Origin: Acidobacteriota bacterium
Lineage (GTDB): Bacteria > Acidobacteriota > UBA890 > WLXD01
Length of the DNA stretch: 64,000 nucleotides
Assembly (NCBI GenBank): GCA_965248695.1
Contig: CBDFKD010000002.1
Location: 2,016,001 to 2,080,000 of the forward strand
Direction of reading: 5' to 3'
Part shown: one piece after another, positions 39,914-50,044 of the stretch
Position numbering within the stretch: position 1 is the stretch's first letter
How the letters are laid out: each line of letters begins with the position of its first letter
The notes under the pieces: generated by a model
What the model saw: only the letters and a program-made list of their open reading frames with translations
The model's database searches: none
What the model was told of the DNA's origin: nothing
Translations under genes and position numbers: made by a program

Positions 39914-41014
39914 TTGAAGACAGGCCCGAAAGGCGAACATGGCGGCCATCTGCGCCTCAGTGGCCTGGTAAAGCGGTACGGCGACCTCACTGCCGTGCGT
40001 GACGTCGACCTCGAAGTAGCGCCCGGGGAGTTCTTTTCACTTCTCGGACCGTCGGGGTGCGGCAAGACCACCATGCTGCGCATGGTTGCCGGCTTCGAGC
40101 GACCGACCGCCGGCCGGATTTACCTCGATGGCGAGGATCTGTCGGAGACCCCGCCGCACAAGCGCAACGTCAACACGGTCTTTCAAAGCTACGCGCTGTT
40201 TCCACACCTCGACGTGGGCGAGAACGTCGGCTTCGGCCTGCGTTTTCGCGGCCTCCCGAAGACGGAGATCGGCGACCGCGTGAGGCAGGCGCTCGAGCTC
40301 GTGCAGATGGAGGCAATGATCGATAGGCGACCGACCAGGCTGTCCGGCGGACAACAGCAACGTGTCGCGCTAGCGCGCGCGTTGGTGCTCGATCCCGCCG
40401 TGCTGTTGCTCGACGAGCCGCTCGGCGCCCTCGACGCCCAGCTTAAGAAAACACTGCAAGTGGAGCTGAAGCGCATCCAGGAGCGCGTCGGGATTACCTT
40501 TGTGTACGTCACCCATGATCAGGAAGAAGCGCTGGCGCTGTCGGACCGCATGTGCGTCATGCACGAAGGCACGATTCGCCAGCTGGGTCCGCCGCGCGAG
40601 GTCTACGAGGAGCCGGCCAGCGCCTTCGTAGCAGACTTCCTGGGAGTCTCGAACGTAATCGACGCGGAGGCTGTCGGCCGCCACTCGGATGGCGGCTGTC
40701 GCGTGGCGATCGGGGGCAGCGAGCTGGTTGCCGGCAGCGGCGATGTCGACGCCAGCGGACCGGTGAAGATCATGCTTCGACCCGAGCGGCTGGAGATCGG
40801 GGCCGCCGACGCGTCGGGGCCTAACCAGCTGCTCGGCGAAGTAGAGCGGCTGGTGTACATGGGCTCGATCACGCAGATGTTCATCCAGCTCCACGGCGGC
40901 CAAACGGTGCAAGCCACGATCACCAATCGTGGCGACACACCGGCGCCTGCGAGGGGCAGCCGCGTGTCGGTGGGTCTGGCATCGTCCGCACTGCGCGTGC
41001 TCGCCAGCGACTGA
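39914..41014 (+). CDS. potA: Polyamine-type ABC transporter ATP-binding subunit
   Basis: GPSGCGKTT, VNTVFQSYALFPHL, LSGGQQQRVALARA, LLLDEP and a C-terminal TOBE-like region. Confidence 0.88.
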   Translation: MKTGPKGEHGGHLRLSGLVKRYGDLTAVRDVDLEVAPGEFFSLLGPSGCGKTTMLRMVAGFERPTAGRIYLDGEDLSETPPHKRNVNTVFQSYALFPHLDVGENVGFGLRFRGLPKTEIGDRVRQALELVQMEAMIDRRPTRLSGGQQQRVALARALVLDPAVLLLDEPLGALDAQLKKTLQVELKRIQERVGITFVYVTHDQEEALALSDRMCVMHEGTIRQLGPPREVYEEPASAFVADFLGVSNVIDAEAVGRHSDGGCRVAIGGSELVAGSGDVDASGPVKIMLRPERLEIGAADASGPNQLLGEVERLVYMGSITQMFIQLHGGQTVQATITNRGDTPAPARGSRVSVGLASSALRVLASD

Positions 41015-41085
41015 AACTCCGCGCCCGCCCGCGGCCCGGACCCACATCCGTAGGCGCTGGAGCCGCGCTGATGCCGCCGCCAGAA

Positions 41086-41967
41086 TCAGCTCAGCCGTGC
41101 AAACTCCTCGACGGCAGAGCCGGTGGCGCCCGACCGAGTACGCGACCGCCGCATGATGAGCGCCGCGACGACCACCGCGAACAGAGTCAGGAACAACAAA
41201 ACGCTGGCCAGCGCGTTGAGCGCCGGCGTAGGGGCCATCCGCGCCGCGCTGTACAACCGCACCGGGATGGTGGCGGATTCAGCTCCGCCGGACAGAAAGG
41301 CGCTGATGACAAAATCGTCGATCGACACCGCGAAGGCAATCATCAGGCTGGCAAAGATCGCCGGCGCCATGAGCGGCAGCAAGACCATGCGAGCCGCCTG
41401 CACCGGCGTCGCGCCCAGGTCCATCGCCGCTTCCTCGTAGTCGCGCCCGATCGCGAACAGCCGCCCGCGCACGACAATCACCACGTAGGAGATCGTAAAC
41501 GTGACGTGCCCGATGAGCTGCGCCCAAGTACCGAGTTGGATGAACGGGAACATATAGATGAAGACCATGAACAGGGACACGCCCATGACCAGCTCGGGGG
41601 TGGCCATCGGCAACAGCAGCAGGAAGTTGGCTGGCTTGGAGCCACGACCGCGCCAGCGAGCCAGCCCAAGTGCCAGGGCCACGCCCAGCGGTGTCGCCAC
41701 CAGCATTGTCAAACCCGCGAGCTTGAGGCTCTGCGTCAAGGCGGCCATCAGCGAGGCGTCGGTCCACACCGACAAGGTCGGATGAGTGAAGTACCACTGC
41801 AACGAGAAGCCCTGCCAGACACTCCTGGACCGTCCGTCATTGAAACCGAATTGAACCGCAATGATCACCGGTAACAGCGACCAGGCAATGTAGCTGCAAA
41901 CAAACAGTTGCAACAGTCGGGGTTGGCCCCAGGGATCACGCCACCATCGAATGATCCGCTCGATCAT
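41086..41967 (-). CDS. potC: Polyamine-type ABC permease
   Basis: GFSLQWY, EEAAMDLGA and SIDDFVIS. Confidence 0.85.
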   Translation of the reverse strand: MIERIIRWWRDPWGQPRLLQLFVCSYIAWSLLPVIIAVQFGFNDGRSRSVWQGFSLQWYFTHPTLSVWTDASLMAALTQSLKLAGLTMLVATPLGVALALGLARWRGRGSKPANFLLLLPMATPELVMGVSLFMVFIYMFPFIQLGTWAQLIGHVTFTISYVVIVVRGRLFAIGRDYEEAAMDLGATPVQAARMVLLPLMAPAIFASLMIAFAVSIDDFVISAFLSGGAESATIPVRLYSAARMAPTPALNALASVLLFLTLFAVVVAALIMRRSRTRSGATGSAVEEFARLS

Positions 41968-42875
41968 CGTCGGTTTTCTCGAGCAGCGCCCATGACTGTC
42001 ATCATGTAGTAAGCCATGAGCAGCGCAATGAACGCCATCAGTACGACAGTCAGGGCTGCCCCCGTCGACCCACCGACGCCACTGTTGATGAACAAGTCGA
42101 TTTCATTGCCGATCATTCGGGTACGCGGTGAGCCCGACAGCAAGTTCGGCGTGTAGTAGTCACCGAACAACGGCAACATGATGATCACCACGCCGGCAAG
42201 CACGCCGTGCTTGGACAGCGGCAACGTCACTCGGAAGAACGTGCGCACCGGTCCGGCGCCGAGGTCTCGCGCCGCCTCGAGGACGCTGTCGTCAATCTGA
42301 TCGAGGGCCGCGAACAGCGGCAAGATCAGAAACGGTACGTAGCCGTAAACGAGGCCGAGAATCACCGTCTCGTGATGACCGATCAGCCAGGCACGGGGGA
42401 CATCCAGCACGTTGATGAACATCAGGAACCTGTTTACGTAGCCGTCGACCGCCAGCAGGTTCTGCCAGGCCATCATTCGCATCAGGTAGTTAATCCAGAA
42501 CGGGGCAACGATCAGACCAAGCAACAGGCCGCGCCAGCGGCCGGCGTGACGGGCAAGGTAGTAGGCAACCGGATAGCCGATGAGCAGACACAGCGTCGCC
42601 GCGGCGCCCACGTAGAACAGTGTGCGAGCGAAGATCGCGCCCAGACGGCCGCCGAACAGCTCCTTTAGAACCTCGGCAAAGATGGCGGGATTCCAGAGGA
42701 CCGGATTCCAGACCGGCTCGGCGGTGGTAAACACCGGGTGCAAGCGTCCCATCGCCACGGACAGCAGCGTGTAGAACGGCGCGACGTAAAAGACCACGAG
42801 CCAGACGATCCCGGGAGCGGCAAGCGCTCGCCACAACCAGGTTCGATTGCGCCGCGCCTCGCGGCTTCTAACCAC
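41964..42875 (-). CDS. potB: Polyamine-type ABC permease
   Basis: IGYPVAY, PFWINYLMR, VPFLILPLF, EAARDLGA and MIGN. Confidence 0.85.
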   Translation of the reverse strand: MVRSREARRNRTWLWRALAAPGIVWLVVFYVAPFYTLLSVAMGRLHPVFTTAEPVWNPVLWNPAIFAEVLKELFGGRLGAIFARTLFYVGAAATLCLLIGYPVAYYLARHAGRWRGLLLGLIVAPFWINYLMRMMAWQNLLAVDGYVNRFLMFINVLDVPRAWLIGHHETVILGLVYGYVPFLILPLFAALDQIDDSVLEAARDLGAGPVRTFFRVTLPLSKHGVLAGVVIIMLPLFGDYYTPNLLSGSPRTRMIGNEIDLFINSGVGGSTGAALTVVLMAFIALLMAYYMMTVMGAARENRR

Positions 42876-44133
42876 CCGACTGAACCGACGCCCAGACCCG
42901 CATCCACTCCATCTCTACTTCCGGCGGGAGCTGCACCGGCACTTGCCCAATGCTGAAGTCCGCTTCAGTCGTGATCGTAGAAGCGAGGTTCGGTGGAACA
43001 TGTCCCTCGGACACGAACGACTCTGGATTCAACGTCGTCAGTGGTGGCGGATTACCAATCCAAGCGAAATTGTTCAGCGCATTCTCGGCTTCCATCATGA
43101 AATTGATGAAATGATGCGCCAGCACCGGGTGCTCGGCGTTGCGCGGGATGGCGAACGCCTCAACTTGAACCATGCCGCCTGCCTCTGAGCGCTCGGAGCG
43201 TGGCGGCCAGAAATAGCGCATCACCGACGCGTCCTCGCCCTGGGGAAAGTAAGCCCGCGCCTGAACCACGTCGCCCGACCACGCATGGTGAATCGCAAAG
43301 CCGCGTTCCGCGATCTTCGCGTACGCGCCGTCGATCGTGAAGCGAACGTTGATCAAATCGATGAGCTCGAGCAACGCGCGGCGTGATCTGTCGAGCAGCA
43401 CTGGATCCGCCGTGTTGATCTCGTTGCTTCCGGTGGCGTAAAGCCCGAGAGCGATGGTCTCCTTGAAATCGTCGTACAGGCCGGCAACTCCGTAGTATTC
43501 GGGATCCCAGAACACGCGCCAGGGGTTGGTCATCGCCTCCAGATTCGGGGAGACCATGTCTTCCCGCCATGTGATACCCGTCTGGTAAACGCCGTAGGGA
43601 ACCGTGTAGCGAGACCCCTGATCGTAGAAGGGGTTGGCCAGGCTCGGCCACACATCGGCGAGATTGGGCAAGTAGTCGTGATTGAGCGGCTGCAACAGCC
43701 GGCCTGCGATGCATTTGGGTACCTGCTCGGCGGGCGGGAAGTACACGTCGAAACGACCCGCGTTGGTACGCAGCTTCCGGATCGCTTCCTCGTTGTTGTA
43801 GAAGCTCGTGTACTCCCAGTCGACACCGTAGCGCTCCGAGAAGGCGTTCAGGACCGGGATGTGGACGTAGTCGGCCCAGTTGAAAATCCGCAACGGGCCC
43901 GCTTCGATATCCAGGCGGCTGTCGATCGGCGGGTTGTCGTCGAACAGCGGATGCTGAACCGGGTTCTCCGGGGTGCCGATCAGGATGCGCCGCCGAGCAT
44001 CAGTGGGGAGGCCAGCGTTATCGCCGCAGCCGGCCAGACCGGCGCCGAGTCCGGCCGCACCGACCATCCGCAGCAACTCTCGACGGTTGAGAGCACCGCG
44101 GCGCCAAGCAGGATCGCGAGGGTGAAAGACCAT
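42868..44133 (-). CDS. potD: Polyamine-type ABC substrate-binding lipoprotein (Tat signal)
   Basis: LNRRELL...LAGC, IFNWADY, YLPNL, YTVPY, AWSGD and AHHFINF. Confidence 0.82.
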   Translation of the reverse strand: MVFHPRDPAWRRGALNRRELLRMVGAAGLGAGLAGCGDNAGLPTDARRRILIGTPENPVQHPLFDDNPPIDSRLDIEAGPLRIFNWADYVHIPVLNAFSERYGVDWEYTSFYNNEEAIRKLRTNAGRFDVYFPPAEQVPKCIAGRLLQPLNHDYLPNLADVWPSLANPFYDQGSRYTVPYGVYQTGITWREDMVSPNLEAMTNPWRVFWDPEYYGVAGLYDDFKETIALGLYATGSNEINTADPVLLDRSRRALLELIDLINVRFTIDGAYAKIAERGFAIHHAWSGDVVQARAYFPQGEDASVMRYFWPPRSERSEAGGMVQVEAFAIPRNAEHPVLAHHFINFMMEAENALNNFAWIGNPPPLTTLNPESFVSEGHVPPNLASTITTEADFSIGQVPVQLPPEVEMEWMRVWASVQSGG

Positions 44134-44225
44134 CGAGGCAGACTCGCCGACACCGCCCATCGAATGCAAGTCAAGGCGGACTATCCTGCCCTCCTCGAAC
44201 GGTGGCGCCGCGGCGGGCGGGGGGT

Positions 44226-44861
44226 TCAGACCGGCACGGGCTCCAACACCGGCACCGCAAAACCAAGGGACTCCGACGCCATGCGCACACAGATCCGGCG
44301 GGCGCGCACGTAATCGGCCTCCGGATCCCCGAGGACCTGTTGCACCGCGATGCCATCCAGAAGCGAGGCGAGGTGCATGGCGAAGTCCTCGACATCGACC
44401 GCCACGAACTCCCCGGTCGACTGGCCCTCACGGACGATGTCAGCAATGGTGGCCCGCCAACGCCGGTCACCCGCGGTCCGCTTCTTTGCGGCAGCGTCGT
44501 CGCGCAGGGCGCGGGACCACAACTCGATCCAGAGCGCGGAATCGTCTCGCAGCACCGGCGCCATCTTCTCGTGACCGCAGCTGAGCTCGATGAGCCGTAC
44601 GAGCTTCTCGCTGGCGGTTTCCAGCGTGGTGAGCTCCGCAAAGATCGTCAGGTAAAAGCGATCCTCGGCGTGCGCCAGCGCTTCGGTCAGCAGTCGGTCT
44701 TTGGACTCGAAGTAGTAGAGCACCAGGGCGGCGCTTGTTCCGGTGCGCTCGGCAACGTCGGCAATTCGCGCTTTGCAGACGCCGCGCTCAACAATCGTCT
44801 CCACCGCGGCCTCGAGGATCTCCTGGCGCCGCTTGCGGCTGATCTTGGGTCGTGGAGCCAT
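44226..44861 (-). CDS. TetR family regulator (BetI-type C-terminal domain)
   Basis: RRQEILEAA...RIADVAERTGTSAALVLYYFESKDRLL helix-turn-helix, LWIELW and LLDG. Confidence 0.9.
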   Translation of the reverse strand: MAPRPKISRKRRQEILEAAVETIVERGVCKARIADVAERTGTSAALVLYYFESKDRLLTEALAHAEDRFYLTIFAELTTLETASEKLVRLIELSCGHEKMAPVLRDDSALWIELWSRALRDDAAAKKRTAGDRRWRATIADIVREGQSTGEFVAVDVEDFAMHLASLLDGIAVQQVLGDPEADYVRARRICVRMASESLGFAVPVLEPVPV

Positions 44862-44879
44862 ACCCTAAGCGAGCGTTAC

Positions 44880-44893
44880 TGAACAGTTGTTCA
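44880..44893. promoter_or_regulatory. Putative autoregulatory TetR operator TGAAC-AGTT-GTTCA
   Basis: Perfect inverted repeat 18 nt upstream of the tetR ATG. An imperfect copy (TGAATGGCCGATCA) lies at 44979-44992. Confidence 0.65.
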
Positions 44894-45074
44894 AGATGTG
44901 GATGTGCTGCCGATGCCGTGATTCTAGACCATGCCAGCCTTTCCTTCCGGAGTTGCGCGAGATATCGTCTGCGGCGGCTGAATGGCCGATCAGCTTTCGG
45001 AGATCCAGGACCCAGGAATCTGGGCAGGTCGCGTCGCATTCGATCGCGCGACGGCCCCACGGTGGTTTCGAGCA

Positions 45075-47201
45075 ATGCCGGATACCGTCACCCTGCAATC
45101 GCGCTTGGCTCCCCTGCTTGCGGCACGATCCGTGGCGATCGTCGGTGCCAGCCAGCGGCCGGGATCCACCGGCCACACCATCGTTGCCGAGCTGAAAGTA
45201 GGCGGCTTCCAGGGCCCGATCTATCCGATCAACCCGGGCTACGACGAAGTTCAGGGTCTCGAGTGTTTCGCGTCACTCGATCAGCTCCCCGAGAGCGTCG
45301 ACCTGGTGATCCTCGGGGTCAAGAACTCGCTGCTCGAGAGCCAGCTACAGCTGGCGGCGGAGTACGACGCGCGCGCGGCGGTGATCTTCGCCAGCTGCTA
45401 CGAGGAGCCGCAGGACGGCGTGCCGTCACTCGCCAAACGGCTGGCCGACATTGCCAAATCGCATGGGATGCCCGTCTGTGGCGGTAACGGCATGGGGTTC
45501 TTCAACCTGGAGAACGGCCTCCGCGCCCTCGCCTACCCCGAGCTCGCCGATCTGAAGCTCGGGCCGATCACCTGGCTGAGTCATTCCGGATCGGCATACA
45601 CGGCGATGACCCACAACCAGCGCGGGCTGAAGTTCAACCTCGCGATCTCCGCCGGCATGGAGCTCGCCACCACCGTTTCCGACTACATGAAGTACGCGCT
45701 CGAGCTCGAGTCGACCGGCGCGATCGCGATATTCCTCGAGACGGTTCGCGATCCGGCGGGATTCCGGGAAGCGCTCGAGCTAGCCAACGCCCGGGACGTT
45801 CCGGTGGTCGTGCTGAAGACGGGACGCGAGGCACTGGCTCGGGAGCTGGTGGTAGCGCACTCCGGTGGGCTCGCCGGAGAGGACGGTGCCTACGAGGCAG
45901 TGTTTCGTGAATACTGCGTGACCCGGGTCGCCACCTTGAGCGAGATGGTCGACACGTTGGAGCTCTTGTGCGCGGGCCGCCGAGCCCACCCCGGCGGACT
46001 GGCGGCAATCCACGACTCGGGCGGCGAGCGCGCTCACCTGATCGACGTCGCGGCCGAGGTCGGCGTGCCGCTGGCACAGATCTCCGAGGCCACCGTGAGT
46101 CGCCTGGCTGCGACCCTCGATCCGGGCTTGCCTGCCGTCAACCCTGTCGACGCATGGGGCACAGGCGCCAACTACGAGGAGATCTTCAGCGAATGCATGC
46201 GCGCCCTGCTCGCAGACTCCGATACCGCCGCCCTCGGTTTCGTCGTTGACCTCGCCGACTACATTCACGACCCGGGCCAAGGCTACGACTTCATGGCGGC
46301 AGAGATCTTCCAGGGAACCGACAAGCCGGTTGCCGTCTTGAGCAACATGCCAGCCTCCATCCCGCAGGACTCGGCGACGCTGATCCGAGCCGCCGGTGTA
46401 CCGCTTCTCGAGGGGACCGATACCGGACTGGCGGCTTTTCGGGCGCTCTTCGAGCGCCGCGACTTCGCGGCACTTCCCCCCTTTGCTACACCCGATCCGG
46501 TCGCGGCCGATGTGCGCGGACGCTGGCGTCGGCGGCTCGGCAACACGGCGCCCTGGGGCGAGCGGGAGGGGCTGGCGCTACTGAGCGACTACGGCATTCC
46601 CGTTGCCGAGACCGAGACCGCATGCGGCGCCGAAGCGGCGCTGGCGGCAGCGGAGCGACTCGGGTGGCCGGTGGTGCTGAAGACGGCCGCTCCCGACATG
46701 GCTCACAAGTCAGACGTAGGCGGGGTTATCACGGGGCTCGATTCCGCCCCGGCGTTCGGGCGCGCGTGCGACGAGCTCATCGAGCGTCTGGGGCCCGATG
46801 TTCTAGTGCAGAGGATGGCGCGGGTTGGCGTAGAGCTGGCACTCGGAATCGTCCGCGACGCCCAGTTCGGCCCGTTGGTCATGGTGGCTAGCGGCGGCGT
46901 GCTGGTGGAGATTGTGCACGATCGGGCTTTCGCGTTGCCGCCGCTGGATGCAGCTCGCGCTGCACGCCTGCTGGACGGCCTGACGGCCCGCCGGCTGTTG
47001 GCAGGTGTCCGCGGCGCGGCGCCGGCGGATACCGACGCGGTCGTCGATGCGATGGTTCGGCTTTCGGTGCTCGCCGCGGATCTCGGCGACCTCGTCGATG
47101 GACTCGATATCAATCCGCTGATCGCCGGCCCCGATGGCTGCGTAGCGGTCGACGCCCTCGTTGTACCGCGAAGCGACGGGGGCTTGAAGGGACAGGATTA
47201 G
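45075..47201 (+). CDS. ADP-forming acyl-CoA synthetase (acetate--CoA ligase family; CoA-binding plus ATP-grasp)
   Basis: SVAIVGAS, IYPINP, GGNGMG, AHSGGLAG (phospho-His), NPVD, HKSDVGGV, FGPLV and DINPL. Confidence 0.88.
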   Translation: MPDTVTLQSRLAPLLAARSVAIVGASQRPGSTGHTIVAELKVGGFQGPIYPINPGYDEVQGLECFASLDQLPESVDLVILGVKNSLLESQLQLAAEYDARAAVIFASCYEEPQDGVPSLAKRLADIAKSHGMPVCGGNGMGFFNLENGLRALAYPELADLKLGPITWLSHSGSAYTAMTHNQRGLKFNLAISAGMELATTVSDYMKYALELESTGAIAIFLETVRDPAGFREALELANARDVPVVVLKTGREALARELVVAHSGGLAGEDGAYEAVFREYCVTRVATLSEMVDTLELLCAGRRAHPGGLAAIHDSGGERAHLIDVAAEVGVPLAQISEATVSRLAATLDPGLPAVNPVDAWGTGANYEEIFSECMRALLADSDTAALGFVVDLADYIHDPGQGYDFMAAEIFQGTDKPVAVLSNMPASIPQDSATLIRAAGVPLLEGTDTGLAAFRALFERRDFAALPPFATPDPVAADVRGRWRRRLGNTAPWGEREGLALLSDYGIPVAETETACGAEAALAAAERLGWPVVLKTAAPDMAHKSDVGGVITGLDSAPAFGRACDELIERLGPDVLVQRMARVGVELALGIVRDAQFGPLVMVASGGVLVEIVHDRAFALPPLDAARAARLLDGLTARRLLAGVRGAAPADTDAVVDAMVRLSVLAADLGDLVDGLDINPLIAGPDGCVAVDALVVPRSDGGLKGQD

Positions 47202-47261
47202 GCGCCGCTCTGTGGCCCGCGTCGGGCCGCTCGCACGCCATGAGGAACCGGGAGGGAAACG

Positions 47262-48446
47262 ATGCAACCGACGCCGTTTCATTCGAGAACCGCGCCACTT
47301 TGCGCTAGCAACAGCTGGGTCGAGTGGGCCGGCTACCAGTCGGCGACCATGTACGAGCTCGAGCACACACACGAGTACCATGCGGTGCGCATGGCGGCGG
47401 CACTGTTCGACGTCTCGCCGCTGCACAAGTTCCACATTCAGGGGCCCTATGCCACGCGGTTGCTCGATCGTGTCTTGACGCGCGATGTCACCAGGTGCGC
47501 CGTTGGGCAGGTGATGTGCTCGGCCTGGTGCGATGACGCCGGGTACATCATCGACGACGGCGCGCTGGCGCGGCTGGAGGACAACCTCTACCGACTGACG
47601 ACTGCGGACCCCAGCCTCGCGTGGCTGGAGGACAACGGCTACGGCATGGACGTCGAGGTCCAGGACGTCTCCGAGTCGTTCGCCGCGCTGGCGCTCCAGG
47701 GCCCGACGTCGCGCGACCTGTTGCAGGCAGCCACGCGCGACGACATCTCCTCGCTCGGCTACTTCCGCGCTGCCGAGACCCGGATCGACAACGCCCGCGT
47801 GACGGTGACCCGCACCGGCTACACCGGCGACCTCGGCTACGAGGTATGGATCGCCCCCGACGACGCCGAAACGGTGTGGGACGTCCTCATTCACCACGGC
47901 AGCAGCTACGGGATGAAACCCGCCGGAACCATGGCGCTCGAAATGGCGCGCATCGAGGCCGGTCTGTTGCTCGCAGAAGTCGACTTCATCTCCAGTCGCA
48001 GGACGATCTTCGACGTGCAGAAGTCGACCCCGACAGAGCTCGGCCTCGGCTGGATGGTCCACCTCGACAAGCCCTTCTTCGTCGGCCAGGCGGCGCTGAA
48101 GGATGAACGAGCCCGTGGCCTGGCGTGGAACACCGTCGGCCTGGACGTCGACGTCATGGCCCTCGACGCCATCTATGCGGAATTCGGCATGCCCCTGCAG
48201 CTACCTTGGGAGGCCTGGAGCGAGGCGGTGCCGGTGTATATCGGTGGCAAGCAGGTGGGCAAGGCCACCAGCGGGATGTGGTCGCCCACCCTCAAGAAGT
48301 ACATCGCGCTGGCCCGGGTCCCGCCGCAGCACGCAGCGCTCGGCAGCGCTCTGGACATCGAGATGACGGTCGAGGCGGTGCGTCGAACGGTTCCGGCGAA
48401 GGTTGTCAAGACGCCGTTCTTCAATCCGGCGAGGAAACGGTCATGA
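47262..48446 (+). CDS. GcvT-like (folate-binding) aminomethyltransferase family protein
   Basis: EYHAVR...LFDVS, IIDDG, LALQGP, RTGYTGDLGYE and ARIEAG; no gcvH or gcvP in the window. Confidence 0.88.
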   Translation: MQPTPFHSRTAPLCASNSWVEWAGYQSATMYELEHTHEYHAVRMAAALFDVSPLHKFHIQGPYATRLLDRVLTRDVTRCAVGQVMCSAWCDDAGYIIDDGALARLEDNLYRLTTADPSLAWLEDNGYGMDVEVQDVSESFAALALQGPTSRDLLQAATRDDISSLGYFRAAETRIDNARVTVTRTGYTGDLGYEVWIAPDDAETVWDVLIHHGSSYGMKPAGTMALEMARIEAGLLLAEVDFISSRRTIFDVQKSTPTELGLGWMVHLDKPFFVGQAALKDERARGLAWNTVGLDVDVMALDAIYAEFGMPLQLPWEAWSEAVPVYIGGKQVGKATSGMWSPTLKKYIALARVPPQHAALGSALDIEMTVEAVRRTVPAKVVKTPFFNPARKRS

Positions 48447-50044
48447 GCGCCGCCGTTCATGGCACGACCAAGTACGACGCCATCGTCGTTGGCGGTGGAC
48501 ACAACGGCTTGACCACGGCCGCCTATCTGGCCAAGGCGGGGCGCAAGGTGCTGGTGCTCGAGCGCCGCCACATCCTCGGCGGCGCGGCGGTGAGCGAAGA
48601 GGTGTTCCCCGGCTTTACTTTCACCGTCTGTTCGTACGTCGTGAGCCTGCTGCGACCGGAAGTCATCCGCGAACTCGACCTCCCCAAGCACGGCCTACAG
48701 GTCATCCCGCTGACCGGGGCGTTCACGCCCATGGAGGATGGCAACTACATCGCCTTCTGGCCCGACGCATTCAGCACGCGCGAGGAGATCAAGCGGCACT
48801 CGGTACGCGACGCCGACCGGTACGAAGAGTTCAACCAGCTGATGTACGAGATGGCCTACGCGGTGAAGCCGATTCTCGGCATGGTGCCGCCCGACCTGGT
48901 ATCGCCGAGCCTGCGCGATATCAACACCTTGCGTGAGCTGTCCCGGCACATGAAGGGACTCGGCAAGCGCAAGTTCCACTACCTCCACAAGATCATGACG
49001 ATGAGCGCGGCCGACTTCCTCGCCGAGTTCTTCGAGACCGACGTCATGAAGGCCGCGATGTCGATCAGCGGCATCATCGGCACCATGCTGGGTCCCTGCT
49101 CGCCGGGCACCGCCTACGTGCTGCTGCACCACTACATGGGCGAGCTCGACGGTGCTTTCACCGCCTGGGGCTCCCAAAAGGGAGGCACCGGGGGAGTGAG
49201 CGAGGCGCTGGCCAGCGCCGCCCGCGGTCACGGCGCCGAGACGCGCTGCAGTGCCACGGTCGAGAAAGTGATCGTCGAGAACGGACGCGCGATCGGCGTG
49301 GCACTCGAGAGTGGCGAGGAGATTCGTGCCGACGTGGTGGTCTCCGGGTGCGACCCCAAGGTCACGTTCCTGAAGCTGCTCGATCGCAAAGACCTCCCCG
49401 CCGACCTCGTCGAGTCGATCGAGCGGTTCAAGTTCCGGGGCTCGTCGGGAAAGGTCAACCTGGCGCTCGACGGGCTACCGGTTTTCTCCGCCGCTCCCGA
49501 TCCCACCTACCTGCACGGCATCGGCATGGTGGAGATCGCGCCTAGCCTCGCCTACATGGAAAAAGCGTACGACGAGGCCAAGTACGGCGGCTTCTCGAGC
49601 CGGCCGTACATGGATGTCGTCGTTCCGACCGCCGTCGACCCGTCGATGGCGCCGCCGGGCAAGCACGTCATGTCGATCTTCGTGCAGTACGCCAACTACG
49701 AGCTCGAGAACAGCACTTGGGGGGACGAGCGCGAGAACTTCGGTGACGCGGTCATCGACACGCTGGCCGAGTTCTCGCCCAACCTCAAGGACATGATCCT
49801 GCACCGCCAGGTGCTCTCACCGTGGGATATCGAGAAGGAGTTCGCGCTCACCACCGGCAACATCTTCCAGGGCGAGCTCACCCTCGATCAGCTGTTCTTC
49901 CTGCGACCCGCCGCAGGCTGGGCGCAGCACCGAACACCGATCCGTAACTACTACCAGTGCGGTTCAGGCACCCATCCCGGAGGTGGGATCACGGGCGGCC
50001 CCGGCCGACTCGCGGCACTCGAAATTCTCCGGGGGACAAGCTGA
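48443..50044 (+). CDS. Phytoene-dehydrogenase-like (CrtO/PYROXD2-type) FAD oxidoreductase 1
   Basis: YDAIVVGGGHNGL, GGAAVSEE, CSYVVSLLRP, DPSMAPPGKH, GNIFQGEL and CGSGTHPGGG. ATGA overlap with the GcvT-like gene. Confidence 0.88.
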   Translation: MSAAVHGTTKYDAIVVGGGHNGLTTAAYLAKAGRKVLVLERRHILGGAAVSEEVFPGFTFTVCSYVVSLLRPEVIRELDLPKHGLQVIPLTGAFTPMEDGNYIAFWPDAFSTREEIKRHSVRDADRYEEFNQLMYEMAYAVKPILGMVPPDLVSPSLRDINTLRELSRHMKGLGKRKFHYLHKIMTMSAADFLAEFFETDVMKAAMSISGIIGTMLGPCSPGTAYVLLHHYMGELDGAFTAWGSQKGGTGGVSEALASAARGHGAETRCSATVEKVIVENGRAIGVALESGEEIRADVVVSGCDPKVTFLKLLDRKDLPADLVESIERFKFRGSSGKVNLALDGLPVFSAAPDPTYLHGIGMVEIAPSLAYMEKAYDEAKYGGFSSRPYMDVVVPTAVDPSMAPPGKHVMSIFVQYANYELENSTWGDERENFGDAVIDTLAEFSPNLKDMILHRQVLSPWDIEKEFALTTGNIFQGELTLDQLFFLRPAAGWAQHRTPIRNYYQCGSGTHPGGGITGGPGRLAALEILRGTS

